From: Eledone cirrhosa
Taxonomy: Eukaryota
Length of the DNA stretch: 64,000 nt
Direction of reading: 5' to 3'
Assembly: GCA_964016885.1 (NCBI GenBank)
Contig: OZ024742.1
Coordinates: 9,300,001 to 9,364,000, forward strand
Shown one piece after another: positions 1-13,365 of this stretch. The notes under the pieces were generated by a model. It worked only from the letters and a program-made list of their open reading frames with translations, ran no database searches and had not been told where the DNA came from. Both the position numbers and the translations under genes were made by a program. Positions within the stretch are counted from its first letter, which is position 1. Every line of letters starts with the position of its first letter.

Positions 1-188
1 ATTGAGGACCGAATAAATTAAATTAACCGATATAAAAGACAAAGAACCGAAAACCAACCAAAGAGTGAGTGTGTTCTGTTATTAATTCTGGCAATATTAT
101 TACACAAATATGACCTCCCCAAGTATAACAATATTTGTTTCGACACAGAATTTCATACAAAAACTTCGCAAAACTAATTCATCGCCGT

Positions 189-220
<32 letters not shown>

Positions 221-222
<2 letters not shown>

Positions 223-435
223 CAATATATTAGTAAATGGAAACTATATTTATAAAAGCATATTTATTTTATTATATATATTTCATGGTCAACCAAGGCA
301 AATTATGGTGCGCTTTCATCCGATAAAATACAGATTTGTTTTATAAATAAATATTGACATACCCGGAAAAAAAAGACAACCTTAACGGTTAGAGCTTCCT
401 GGATAGTTTAATCCCAACAAACTAAATATAACCTC

Positions 436-441
<6 letters not shown>
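221..441 (-). mobile_element. HHR-bearing PLE-pLTR-like repeat fragment (same family as 43270-43618)
   Basis: 221-403 aligns closely with the arms of the 43270-43618 fold-back; 407-441 matches ~43844-43878; bounded by (TA)n tracts. Confidence 0.7.
265..330 (-). ncRNA. Degenerate type I hammerhead ribozyme (core CGGATGA, U4>G)
   Basis: Minus strand TATTTTAT-CGGATGA-AAGCGCACCA...TGGTTGACCAT-GAAA-TATATA-TA-ATAAAATA; 8-bp stem I, one core mutation. Confidence 0.6.
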
Positions 442-524
<83 letters not shown>

Positions 525-534
525 GTTATATCTG

Positions 535-598
<64 letters not shown>

Positions 599-661
599 CA
601 CATATATGTAGTGAAAGATTGAAGAGTAACATGGTTGGCTGTACAAGGGGCTTTATTTCAG

Positions 662-772
662 GTATTGACAATTGTTTCATTGATCAGGTGAGTCTAGATG
701 TCGCTAATCGCTTGAAGTAGCGTCACTCGATCTCCATTACATTATTTAGCTCTGATCAACATATCAGATCAC
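662..772 (-). ncRNA. Degenerate long-stem-II hammerhead (homolog of 12762-12861)
   Basis: Minus strand CTGATAT-GTTGATCAG...CTGATCAAT-GAAAC-AATT-GTC; 597-770 is homologous to the reverse complement of ~12760-12920. Confidence 0.5.
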
Positions 773-807
773 AATCTCTAACTGGATTACCTATAACGAT
801 AACTTAT

Positions 808-863
<56 letters not shown>

Positions 864-872
<9 letters not shown>

Positions 873-1380
873 CAAATGATTCTATGGACATACTTTATAG
901 TATATTGCTCTGATTATTTAATTTATTAATTCTTCATTGAGCCACATCGTGAATGGTTGCCAAAACACATATATATCTGTGACTTTGTCTAGTTTGTGTA
1001 TATGTAAATATTTATATTTAATAATCTCCCATAAGTTTGAGATACAATTTGGGCAATATTGGGCTGCGCTTTCTAGCAACCAACCCACTCGCCGTAAGCA
1101 ACCAATCACATTCTTTCTGACTTGACCATTGCCACGTCACAATTCTTAGCCATCTTGAATTCGTGTCTGGCGGGGACCACTTTAGAAAATATTCTGTCCT
1201 AACGTGTTTGTCTCCTGATGAGTTCGAAGCTCGAGATTGGTATCGTTTATTTATCTACTATTTCTTCATAGGTCTCTTTTAATCTTATAGCCTGGTCTAA
1301 TTGATTTTTTGTGTGGTTAATTATGCTAATTGGGAGAAGAAATGGTGTATATATATTATCAAATGATTCTATGGACATAC
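864..1380 (+). repeat. ~487-bp repeat unit with terminal direct repeat; HHR 5' half only
   Basis: ATCAAATGATTCTATGGACATAC at 871 and 1358; CTGATGA at 1215-1221 in context homologous to 11354-11420, but the GAAA half is missing. Confidence 0.55.
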
Positions 1381-1381
1381 G

Positions 1382-1420
<39 letters not shown>

Positions 1421-1516
1421 ATCAAGTTTCCGTTGAAAATTGAAATAGTCATGGGAGTGAAGAGTGCTCTATGTAAGTACCAGAGCAAAATATGTATAAT
1501 AAACAATACAATATAG

Positions 1517-1592
1517 TTACCTCATTACCAGAGGTTTCCCGAATAAGATGAATACGAAAAAAACGTCCTCATTCGTTCGTCGGACAAGGTAA
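1517..1592 (-). ncRNA. Degenerate type I HHR in the 3' region of PLE1
   Basis: TTACCTTGT-CCGACGA-ACGAATGAG...CTTATTCGG-GAAAC-CTCTG-GTA-ATGAGGTAA; 9-bp stem I (2 GU), 8-bp stem II, core U4>C. Confidence 0.65.
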
Positions 1593-2223
1593 TATAAAAC
1601 ATAGTGAAATAATTGGAAAGTCTCCTCAAGAAATGCAAAAAATATATATAAATAAAAGTAATGCAAGAGATATATAAAATATATAAAAAATATAAGGAAA
1701 TATAGTTAGGTGTGTGTATATGTATGTATATACACTCACAAATGTACATATGTATGTATGTACAAATGCATGTGCATGGTGAAAATGTGTGCGTAAGTAC
1801 ATATATGCGGGCAAGTATATTTGTGTATATGTGACCACAAATACGGATATAATATGAGTTGAAAAAGAAAATAATAATATAGTTCACACGCATCCAGATA
1901 CAGGTATTAGATACACATACGAGTATGAAAGCACGCGTATAAACACACACACACGCGCGGTCACTTATATGCGGAAGATAAAGAGGGAAGGGAGTGTAAT
2001 AGTTAAAAGAAAGTGTCATTCTCGATATATGTATCAACATGAAACAATATATAAGAATGAAAACATTTTTAAATGAAAGAGAAAGTAGTCAATTAACACT
2101 AGAGAAAAGAAAACAAACATAGGTACGCACGTACATACACATATATCTATAAAAAAGTATTTATACACGCAAATACGTACAGACGAAAGCGCATGCATGC
2201 GTACATACATACACACGATGCAC

Positions 2224-2281
<58 letters not shown>

Positions 2282-2901
2282 CCCCATGTATATCTAATCA
2301 CACGCACGTACGCGACTATATATATATATTTATACATACATACACATACACATACACACCCATATATACATATACATATATACACACATACACACATACA
2401 CATTCACGTACATTCACCCGCTTACACATACACACATAAAAATAAGAGTGTAAAAAACATAGATGTAAAAAACATAGATATAAAAACACACATACACACA
2501 CATATATATACACGCACGCACGCGCACATACGGAGGCGTTCGTGTACATATACTGAACGTATACACATGTAAAGACACTCAGACACATATATACAGAGTA
2601 TAAAGCAGCCTTATGAATAAATGAGTACAAATATAAAATCGGCTGCGAAACAATAGAATATATCTGTAGTGGAAAACGCAAGTGACCTGTATAATCAGAT
2701 AGTAAAGAAAATAGGGAAGTAAAATGTGGAATATGAAGATATTAGGTAAGTGAATCGAAGAGTAGGGGGGGGGGGGGTTACTGGTGGATGTGAAGTAAAA
2801 AGGAAAATAAAAATAAAATTAAAAATAAAGTTAAAAATGAAAGTATATCAGAAAGAGAAGTCTGTAAAGAGAATAATTTAAGGAAAGTGAAGTATAAGAG
2901 C

Positions 2902-4660
2902 TTATGGAGGATAAGTATCTGAAAGTGAGTTAAGTTTATATGAGCTGGAAAGCAAGTATGATTTCATGTGTGGGCAACTGGTGAACATTTCTGTTTTTGT
3001 ATTTAGGCAGGTTTTTGGTGATTTAAGGTTTTGTAAAATCCAATATGTTTCACTTATGCAGAGTGTGCATCTTCTTGTTCCTCTTGCATATCTTTAGATT
3101 GGTTCAAAATTGACCAATCCAATTCATATTGGATACCTTGGTCTTTCAAATCCCATATTCTGCTAGCCAGAGCTGTTGTGAATATTTTTTCTGGATGTCG
3201 GAAAGATGCGACATGTGAGTAATAACGCGTTTTGAATTTGTCTTGTGTCATACCCACATATCGTTCGCTAGTGGCTGGTTTGTTGTATCTGATGGTTGTC
3301 ACTTTAGCCGCATATACAATGGCTTTGGTGTTGCATTTACCTTGTAATGGGCATTCACTTTTGACTCTACAGGAGCAATTTTGATGTTCTCTGGGTGGTT
3401 TCTTATTGATGATATAAGATTTAATAGGGGGACCGCAGGAGTAGCTAATTTTGACATAGTTTCTATTGAAGATCTTATAGTATCTATGTGTTCTAGGGAA
3501 ATGTTTATCTAAGAGCTCTAGGAATTTTTTGCCTACATTAGTTTTAACTGCTAGAGAGTAGGGGGTGTGAACCAGATTGTTTTTCTTTTCCTATTTTTAT
3601 GTTTAAAAGAGTTAGTATAGTTGGGTATGAACTTAATCGGTTCGCTAAATCCGCTATTTTGAAGGGCTTTATTATAGTAGGGGGATGCCTTATTGAAAAT
3701 AGCTTCTGAGGAAGAGAGGGTGGATATCCTACGGCTAATATTAGGGATAAGGTTTTTAAAAACTATAGGAGGATTGCAAGAGCCTTTATTTATATATTTT
3801 AAATTTTCATTAGGTCTATGGTATGGTTTATAAGAAGCAGTAGGCAAATCTAGGTTTATATCTAGAAAATTAACATTGGAAAGGTTAGTGTCAATAGTAA
3901 TTTTATGATTAAAACTAGCAAAGGTTTTTATTAAGTCTTTCCTTAATCTATCTAAGTTATGGCCTATGGTAGTATGGGAAAGTATTAGACCATCGTCGCG
4001 ATAAAGCCCAACAATATGGTTAGGGAATTTTTCTTTAAGTGTGTGTAGGAGGAATAGGCCGACTAAATCACAAACATTAGCACTGTCAAAAGAGCCCATT
4101 GAGACATTGAATGGGCTCTCTGGGTTACATATTTTTACCCAAGTGTCATTATCAGTAAAGAGTAGAGTGTTTCTAGCTTGCAAGATGACATTCTCTTCAA
4201 TATCAGAGATATTGGTAAACTTTCTAGCGAAATTTAAAGCTTTCGCTAAAAGAGGCTGAGTGATAGACGGGTAGAAATCTACAATGTCAAATTGGGTGAA
4301 TCTAGAACTATTTTTATATTTAATTTTATTAAACCAATGAACTACGGAAGAGCTGTTTATCCATTGGAGTAATTTAGACTTACTTCTAATGTCTGTGTTT
4401 ATATTATTTAATTTTTTTTGCTGGCAAGACCGATATCAGTCTTAGCAGGGTTGATTAATCTACAACTAGGACGATTAATAAAGTCAGGTTTGTGATCTTT
4501 AAGGGTGATATATTCATTACGTTTAGCAAGTTTTTCTGTCCTATTATCTATTTTTAAAGAACTAGCTAATTCTTTAGCTTCCTCATTTATATTATGATAC
4601 GTGTTTATATTAGCTATTTGGTATTAAGAGGTGATGTTATCTATTAATAGTTGGTCGTGT
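2902..4660 (-). pseudogene. PLE reverse transcriptase + GIY-YIG endonuclease (frameshifted)
   Basis: Motifs TLKDHK, CRLINP, QFDIVDFYPSI, MGSFDSANVCDLVG, LYRDDGL, VNFLDINL; endonuclease CSC..CP..C..IVYAA...YVGMT..FKTRY..H..SF, CTLC..E..LN..E..CPH; stop at 2902-2904. Confidence 0.92.
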
Positions 4661-4782
4661 AAATTATTATTATCGTGTAAATTATTATTATATCTAATGA
4701 TATTTCTATATTCAAATCTTCTAAAAATAAGTTAATTTTCTCCGACAAAATTAAAACTTATACGAAGTTAATAATAATTTAA

Positions 4783-5550
4783 AGAAAGTCGTTGGGACAC
4801 GTAAATAAGGGGAACGAGCGAGACTGTAAACAAACAAAGATGGTAAAGCAACGAAAAGTGAGGAAGAAAGAGTCAAGTCCCAGATTTCCATGAATATAAG
4901 TTCGGTGAAATCGTGAACGAGAGAGAATAAAGACCATCAAACCTAGTCGAAATGTGAGCAAGGAAGGAATTCCGCACAGGTCAAACGGGAGGAAGAAGGA
5001 GTCTAGTCCCCGAATTCGGTGAACATAAGCTCTGTGAAATCGTAGACAAGAGAGAAAAAAGGAACAACCAGCCTGGTCAAGCGTGCGCGAGAAAAGAATT
5101 ACGCACAGGTAAAACGGGAGGAAGTAGGAGAGGTAGTAGCACAGAGTGAGTGAAGGGTGAGGAAGAGGCTAACAGAGAGACTGACTGTTAGAGAGGGTAA
5201 AGATACAGAGAAAGAGGAAGCAGTAAGAACGAAATAGACGGGTCACAGCGGGGGGAAATATATGTGTGAATATGAAAACAAACGTGCTGCGTGGTTGCAA
5301 ATGGGTTACATATGAATACAATTAGTCTTTCATCAGTGATCTTCCAACCTTCATTGGTATTTCATCGCTTTAAAGACCATATACATCCGGTTGGTGCCAG
5401 CAACGGCTACAGAAAGTCGTCGGGACACGTAAATAAGGAGAACGAGCGAGACTGTAAACAAACAAAGATGGTAAAGCAACGAAAAGTGAGGAATAAAGAG
5501 TCAAGTCCCAGATTTCCATGATTATAAGTTCGGTGAAATTATGAACGAGA
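4783..5550. repeat. ~628-bp tandem unit (1.2 copies) of an interspersed repeat family
   Basis: ~140-bp direct repeat at 4783-4922 and 5411-5550; internal ~120-bp subrepeats; diverged inverted homolog at ~44990-45285. Confidence 0.75.
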
Positions 5551-5560
5551 TATATATATA

Positions 5561-5616
5561 CTCTTTTACTCTTTTACCTGTTTCAGCCATCCGGCTGAGG
5601 CCAGGCTGGGGCACCA
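5561..5616. mobile_element. Short SINE terminal fragment
   Basis: CTCTTTTACTCTTTTACCTGTTTCAGCCAT..CTGAGGCCAGGCTGGGGCACC resembles, from recall, the end of an abundant octopus SINE; embedded in (TA)n. Confidence 0.5.
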
Positions 5617-6034
5617 TATATATATTTATATATATTCATTAGTTAAGCAAAACAAACCTCAAATTTCACAAGGAAGTCACTATTTAAAGATTGTCAACAT
5701 AGTTGTAGTTTAATGTAACGAATGTAAAGAATCATATTAATAATAATATTTTTAATGTCCATTTACAATTTTTTTGCTACACCATATAATGTTTCTGGAT
5801 CAAAGGATTATAGATCTTTATTGATATGGTTCAGATGAAGATAATTAACTTAGATAAGAATGGAGCAGTACATCCGAACTTCAAAAGGAATATAAATTAA
5901 GGTAAAGAAAGATGGTTACATGAATGTAATGTTCCATATATTGGTATTTCACTCACTATGGTGTCCTGGGTCCATCTATTGTCTGCCATAGGCGAGCAAA
6001 ATTCTTCTGTCGAGGCTGCATTATGTGAGATCTA

Positions 6035-6076
<42 letters not shown>

Positions 6077-6212
6077 GTATAGGATTATCTAAGATGTAGT
6101 AATGGTTAATTACTACACTGGATATGGTTGACGTACGGTGAGAGGTTACTCTACGAGTTATGGAAGAATTGTTGAAGGAACTTAGTTCCTGATCCTTCTG
6201 TATTCCGGAGTG

Positions 6213-6889
6213 TATATAAAGAATGAATAATAACAGGTAGACATCATAAAAAGGTAATTTATTCCGTGTGCTTACAAATGTTTCCACGGTGGTACTACAG
6301 CCTAGTTATGCTATGTGCAAATTTAAAACTATTTGCAGAACTCAAATATCCAATGCTGTGACCACTGTATCCTCAGAGCAGAATGGTAAAATGTACAATG
6401 TAAATACCCTTAAGTGGGGTTGTTGGGGAAGATAGAGTAGATAAGGAAGAGAGAAAAGTAGGGGAGAGGGAGAGAGAGAGAAAGATATGCAGGGGTTGGA
6501 GAAGTAGGAGAGAGTGGTTTGTAGATATCTTAATCAAAATGTTATGGTAGGGGTTTTATTATACTGGTTACTTTTGGAGAGATGCGTTGATAGTTAAGGA
6601 CGGAATTATTTACTGCCCCAGAGGGCAGGTTCATAGATGTGGAGGGGGAGGTAGGCCAAATGCGAGAGAGAGAGACTGTAATGGATGTAGAGAGAGAGGT
6701 AGAGAGGGGACAGACGAAATTTATGTGGTTAGTGAACTTTGGGTTTGTAGTAGTAATCTGCGAATTGCACTGAGTTACCATTTATAGTGATAAGCAGTGT
6801 ATTGTCTTGTAGTGTGGGGGAAGAGAAGGTGGTTAGCTAGAAAGCGATGTTATAGTTACGGGTTCGAATGTTAAGTTATTTTATAGTGA
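6213..6889 (-). repeat. Inverted pLTR copy (left arm)
   Basis: Reverse complement of 8858-9533 with only a handful of substitutions; mirrored ORFs at 6542-6781 (-) and 8966-9205 (+). Confidence 0.93.
6269..6380 (-). ncRNA. Type I HHR in inverted pLTR of PLE2
   Basis: Reverse-complement copy of 9367-9478. Confidence 0.8.
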
Positions 6890-6904
6890 TTTAGTTATTT
6901 TAAC

Positions 6905-8857
6905 GTGTATACCATGGATATCGATAAGTACAATAACTTCATACGCAACGAACTACACAAAAAATATAGAAAAACAAATGAAACTATGCTAGCAAATATT
7001 AACAACGAGGCATATAAAGTGGTGAAGAATCTCAAGATAGACGATAGAACTGAGCCGATTATACCCGCTACCCCCACCTTCAACCTGAAGGACCATAAGG
7101 TAAATTTTGACTCTAACCCTAAGATTAGACTTATATGCCCTTCTAAATCAGACATAGGATAAATAAGCAAACATATACTTGACAGAGTAATAACTCAAGT
7201 GAAAAAGAAAATTGAAATTAAATTATGGGGCAACACTAGCGAAGCAATTTGCTGGTTTAATAACGTTAAGAATAAGAATAAATCTAAGTTTATACAATTT
7301 GACATAGACGAATACTACACTTCCATCTCACCAAGCACTTTACGTAAGGCCCTATCGTTTGCTAAGGTCAATTCCGACCTAACGGAGGACGAAATTAATA
7401 TTATTCTCGAGGCTAGAAAAACCATTATTAAGTTTGATAACTGCTACTGGGAACGTAAGGACAGACCCACAAATTTCGACATTACCATGGGTTCCAACGA
7501 CTCAGCGGAGGTCACGGATCTTGTGGGAATTTACATAGCCCACATATTACATAGTAAATTTAGTAATCTACAGGGGGGATATACAGAGATGACGGGCTCT
7601 TATTAGTTAATAACTTGAATAACCAAAATCTTGAAAGGCTACGGAAAAATATTAGAAAATCTTTTAGTGAACTGGGTCTAAAAATAACATACGAATACAA
7701 TCTTAAAGTAGTAAACTTTCTGGACGTAACTCTTAATTTAAATACCGGACAGATACGACCCTTCCACAAGATAAATGAGAACCTTAGGTATATTAACTTT
7801 AACTCAAACCACTCACTCTCCATGATCAAATCAGTTCCCTGGAGTATTTCTCTTAGAATCTCTCGCCTATCGTCTAACTCAGATATTTTTAGTGAACACG
7901 TTGAATACTACAATAATGCATTAAGGAATGCCGACCACCGGGATACAATAGAATACATTGATAGGAATTTCCATAACACACATAGCTCTACACGAAATCA
8001 AGGAATACGTAACCGGGGGACTAAAATACAAGCGCACACACACAGTACTACCAGACATACTAATAATAGAAAATCACCACCAAATAAATCACGTTGTAGA
8101 AAGAATATCTGGTACAATCCTATTTTTAATGCCTCGATTAGTACAAAACTATCTCTTTTATTCTTTAAGTTAATCAACAAACATTTCCCTAGTTCCCATA
8201 AATACAGCAAAATTCTGAACTCTAAAACTATTAGACTATCATACTCAAACGGCACCAAACCTTGAAGCATACATAAAAAAACTTAACTTAAGGCAATTAA
8301 ACAACTCTACAAAACAAAACACTTTAGTAACAGATGGGCAGAACGTAATATCTGCCTCCCAACCACTAAATGAGAGACGGGTATTACACAATCCACCTGC
8401 ACTGCTATCACAACCTATCCATGGTATACCCGCTACCCACAACAAAGAATGTAACTGCCATCTACCTGAAAGATGTCCATTGAAGAATGAATACCTAAAG
8501 TCCAACATTGTTTACCAATGCACGGTTGAATCGAACGACTAGAAATAGCATTATATCGGATCTACCACCACCTCGTTTAAATCTCGCTGGTACCGTCATC
8601 GATTCTCAATCAAACATCCTAATCACCGTTTTGTGACCACGCTCGCCAACAAGACCTGGCAACTCCGTGAAAGCAACCAACAGTTCACCTTAAAATGGGA
8701 TATACTTTCCAGCGCAAGTGCATATCGGAGTGGATTGAAGTACTGCAGGTTATGTAACCTTGAACTCTTTTATATATTAAAATCCAAAAAACAAACTACT
8801 TAACGATAGAATTGAACGATCATTATACTGCAACCACAAACTAAAAGCTAAATTCTC

Positions 8858-8860
<3 letters not shown>
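6905..8860 (+). pseudogene. PLE RT + GIY-YIG endonuclease (stops/frameshifts)
   Basis: NLKDHK, IRLICPSKSDIG, QFDIDEYYTSI, ITMGSNDSAEVTDLVG, YRDDGL (after a frameshift in the G-run at ~7573), VNFLDVTL, WYNP; endonuclease CNC..CP..NIVYQC...YIGSTTTSFKSRW..H, CRLCNLE. Confidence 0.92.
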
Positions 8861-9671
<811 letters not shown>

Positions 9672-9742
9672 ATATCCCGTGTTCAATCGGGGATAAACAC
9701 AGCAAATAAGGTACTCAATTCAAAGCAGAGAATAAATATTTT

Positions 9743-9845
9743 ATATAGAAATGGCTGCTACAAGACTAGAAATATTTCATTCGGGAGAAACCATCAGAAA
9801 GCCCTGAATGAAATAGTTCTAGTCCTGTAGAAGCCATTTCTATAT
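9743..9845. repeat. Fold-back inverted repeat with HHR 3'-half remnants
   Basis: ~43-bp imperfect arms TATAGAAATGGCT..TTCATTC(A)GGG; GAAA-TAGTTCTA-GTC in the right arm; homolog at 59929-60105. Confidence 0.7.
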
Positions 9846-9858
9846 TAAATAAATAAAT

Positions 9859-9910
<52 letters not shown>

Positions 9911-10126
9911 CGTTTCTGAATTTGTTTAGCAAGATTCTTTATCTGAAATCATGTGTTGAAACCGATATTGTTATACTTTGGGAGGGTCGTGTTGCCAATA
10001 AGAAACACACGCACCAGTTGCTTCCACTTCAATTTATTATAATAAATTTATAAATTTAGGAATTTATAAATCTACAAATTTCTGGTTGGTTTGTTGGTTC
10101 CACAACCAGATAGTTGTTTATATATT

Positions 10127-10169
10127 GTCAAAGTTCTTTCGTCACACATTATGTAACCTCATCAATGAC
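10127..10169 (-). ncRNA. Near-intact minimal type I HHR
   Basis: GTCA-TTGATGA-G-GTTACAT-AAT-GTGTGAC-GAAA-G-AA-C-TT^TGAC; C3>U and one extra G before stem II. Confidence 0.55.
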
Positions 10170-11307
10170 TGGGGATTTTTTCTTTGTTTTTGTGCCTCTC
10201 CTTTGTTCTGTCCTACGCCATTTTGTTTCTGTGTGTGTGTTCACACACAGAAACAAAATGGCGTAAATATGTGGTGGTACGCACGTGTGTGTGTGATGTT
10301 TATGCGTGTTGTGGATGTAGGTGGCGTGTGGGAAAAAAAAATTATGGGGGTGTATGTCAGTGGGTGAGTCCTTAAGGTAGGTCCGTAGACGATGTGGTGG
10401 AATGCTGAGTAATATCCTTGGGATGTGGTGGATTCTAGGGATCGATGTTCACATATGTGTAATCCGCGAAGAGATTGGTCGGAAGAGGGGGAATGTGGGG
10501 TGCGCGCGCAACAGGATGTAATCAGAGGGTGAAGGCAGGATGAGGGTTGTGTGTCTGTGTGTGCAGGGAGGTGGGTAGAGATAAGGGCATAGCAGCAGTA
10601 GGGTAGAATGGTAAGTGAAGAAAGTCGGTGTGTCAGTGTGTGCGGAGGTGCGGTGAACTGGGGAGAGGATGGGTAGGTGTGAAAGTTGGAGTGAGGAGTG
10701 TGTGTGTGTGTATTAGTAGAGGTGTTAGTGGGATATGTGTGTGTGTGAGAAAAGGTGTTGGTGTAGCGGGGAGAGATGGGTGTGGGGGCCGATGGAGGGA
10801 GTGTAATGTAGTGGTGTGTGTGTGCGTGTTTGGATGAGTGTGTGTGTGGTGAAGGGGTTGTTAGTGGGTGTTAGTATACTGGAGGTGGAGAAAGGGTTGA
10901 ATGCGGGTGTGAGTGGAGGTTAGTGGTAGTAGGGTGTGTAGAGTGGGTGGTGTAAGAGGGTGTGTGCGCTCGTGTGCGTAGGGTTGGGGGGTGTTAGTGA
11001 TGTTAGTTGCGTGTAGTATATATATACATATATATATGAATATGCATATATCCTCCACTAGGTTCAGATATTATAATGGACCTGAAGTAAATGTATTTGT
11101 GTCAAATCAATTTTCGCCTGGTTAATATTCATAGCAATATACTGTCACCCTCATTAATATTCATACAGTGTTATATTCTTCTTTGTGACATATGTGCAGA
11201 GAATACACTGGATATATTCTATGTAAATAGTAGAAAAACTAGACTATCGTCTTCCTATTTCCATATTTCTTTCTGTAAATTTATTACACATGTCTGCGCG
11301 ATTCTCC

Positions 11308-11353
<46 letters not shown>

Positions 11354-11394
11354 GGCGGGGATCATTTAAGAAAAATCTTCGTCCAAGCGAGTTT

Positions 11395-11476
11395 GTTTCC
11401 TGATGATTTCGAAGCTCGTGAATTTATCATTGATCGGATATTTCCAAAAGCGAATGAAACTCCTTGGGGTAGACAC
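11395..11476 (+). ncRNA. Type I HHR with extended stem II (partly decayed)
   Basis: GTTTC-CTGATGA-TTTCG...CGAAT-GAAAC-TCCTTGGG-GTA^GACAC. Confidence 0.55.
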
Positions 11477-11701
11477 GTAACGTTGGTATGTTTATATCAA
11501 TTTTTGCTTCTAACTTTGATTTTATACCTAATTGTGTATGGTTGACGATATATTTAATCGATTTCCAGGTGCTATTAGAAATGGTGGGTAAATATTCTAT
11601 AGCTGTTGATCGCGAATAGATAGCTGTCGTTTATTTATGTATTATTTCATAGGCCAAGACTGGAATTGATCCATCAGCACAGTTGTCACACATCAATTTA
11701 T

Positions 11702-11769
11702 ATATTTTATCTGATGATGACGTAGTGATAAAAACACCACAGTACCTCCGAAATATATATAATCAAATA
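11702..11769 (+). ncRNA. Minimal type I HHR, decayed stem II
   Basis: ATATTTTAT-CTGATGA-TGACGTAGTG...CACAGTACCTCC-GAAA-TATATA-TA^ATCAAATAT; same stem I/III layout as 43511-43572. Confidence 0.65.
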
Positions 11770-11812
11770 TATTTTGATTACGTTGAATGTCTATATTTAA
11801 TAATATTATGAA

Positions 11813-11877
<65 letters not shown>

Positions 11878-12169
11878 GAAAGTGAACAACAGATAATATT
11901 TTGTGTTCTTCACTTTCTAATTAAATAGCTCTGTTCTATACATAGACCACTCTTTTTTCCTTTGCTTTTCCTTCGGAATTACTTAACATATATATATATA
12001 TATGTATTAAGTACCTTACTTGCTGTGGTTACCCCCGATTGGACACGGGATACACACACACATATATATACATTGTATCATATAAATTATATTCAGCAAT
12101 GTAGAGCGATAATTTTCTTTTTTATTTGAATTTGGCAAAGCCGGCCATTCGTCGACGTATCCAGGAAAT

Positions 12170-12275
12170 TGACTGGCCAGTCTGCTGATATACAAATCTG
12201 GCTGATCCGTGGATCTGCTAATATGCAGATCTGACTGATCAGCCAGTCTGCTAATATGCAAATCAGGCTGATCAG
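12170..12275. repeat. 33-bp tandem repeat, ~3 copies
   Basis: (GCCAG)TCTGCTAATATGCAAATCTGGCTGATC repeated; reads DQPDLHISRLA on the minus strand. Confidence 0.8.
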
Positions 12276-12540
12276 TCTCTCTGTATTTTTTGAAACATAT
12301 TTCCACTAGCTCTGGCAGTTTGGCAGGTGAACAATGAGCTGTACTGATGAACAGTGATACCCAGAAACATTAGTGTCTGCAGTTCTGTTTATATGCCAGC
12401 ATGAATGGCGGGTTCATTCTACTGACATGGCTTTAAAAATGAGGCTTGTTTGCATAATTGCAAACGAATCGAATATTATTATTAATATTCGAAAAACTCA
12501 GATTACACTTATGGTATTCAGCCATGTAGAGCAATAATTT

Positions 12541-12592
<52 letters not shown>

Positions 12593-12725
12593 AGAAACAG
12601 TGGGCGTGTAGTTGTTGGATAAGGTGTACTTATAAATAAGAGGAAAGCATGAACGGGATAAAATGTTCCTTCATCAGTTGTCTGCTGGGGATTATGGATA
12701 TTTCTACGCATTAAAATATATAATG

Positions 12726-12787
12726 CGTTGTTAGCTTAACCAGATTATCAGAAAAGACTTTCTGATGATCTGGTTAAGCTAACAACG
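12726..12787. repeat. Fold-back palindrome (29-bp arms, 4-nt loop)
   Basis: CGTTGTTAGCTTAACCAGATTATCAGAAA-AGAC-TTTCTGATGATCTGGTTAAGCTAACAACG, one mismatch. Confidence 0.9.
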
Positions 12788-12861
12788 TATTTAAAATTGA
12801 GTGACACAGCTTCAAGTATTCAGCAATTTTTAGACAACTTAATCAGTGAAACGATTGTTAA
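12762..12861 (+). ncRNA. Long-stem-II HHR, stem I truncated by the fold-back
   Basis: CTGATGA-T-CTGGTTAAG...CTTAATCAG-T-GAAAC-GATT-GTT^AA. Confidence 0.7.
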
Positions 12862-13083
12862 TACTGTAAATAAAACCCGTGTTTGTACTGTGATCCATGT
12901 TATTCTTCACTCTTTCAATATTACTCCAAGATAAACTTACATAGGAATTCAAGAGAACTCATAAAATCGCCATCCGCGAAAACCTCTTTTTGTGTCAAAC
13001 AACGCCCTACGCTCAAACTATCCACAATACGGAGTACTCACAACCTCTAACTGGATTACCTATAACGATATTATGTTTTCCCT

Positions 13084-13153
<70 letters not shown>

Positions 13154-13365
13154 GTTAAAGTGTACATCTACATATGTATACGGAAGTATTAGTATGCATA
13201 TAAATACACACATGTATACATATGTACATGTACTCAGCTTTTCACTAGACACTTTACAGTGAGTGTCAGCTAGTCTGTATGTAACCACACAGGCGGACCG
13301 GGTTTTAGAGTCATACGAGTTTTCAAGGAAACACATTTCCTCTATTCTCCAGAGGGCCAGACAGG

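Larger units (their letters stand above)
1420..4660 (-). mobile_element. Penelope-like retroelement 1 (5'-truncated, decayed) with 3' UTR/pLTR
   Basis: RT and GIY-YIG coding remnants at 2902-4660, followed by a microsatellite-rich 3' region containing an HHR at 1517-1592. Boundaries approximate. Confidence 0.85.

Noticed and set aside
120-190. GAAAC-AAATATT-GTT on the minus strand as an HHR
   Set aside because: Only the 3' half is plausible; the upstream core and stems I/II cannot be formed.
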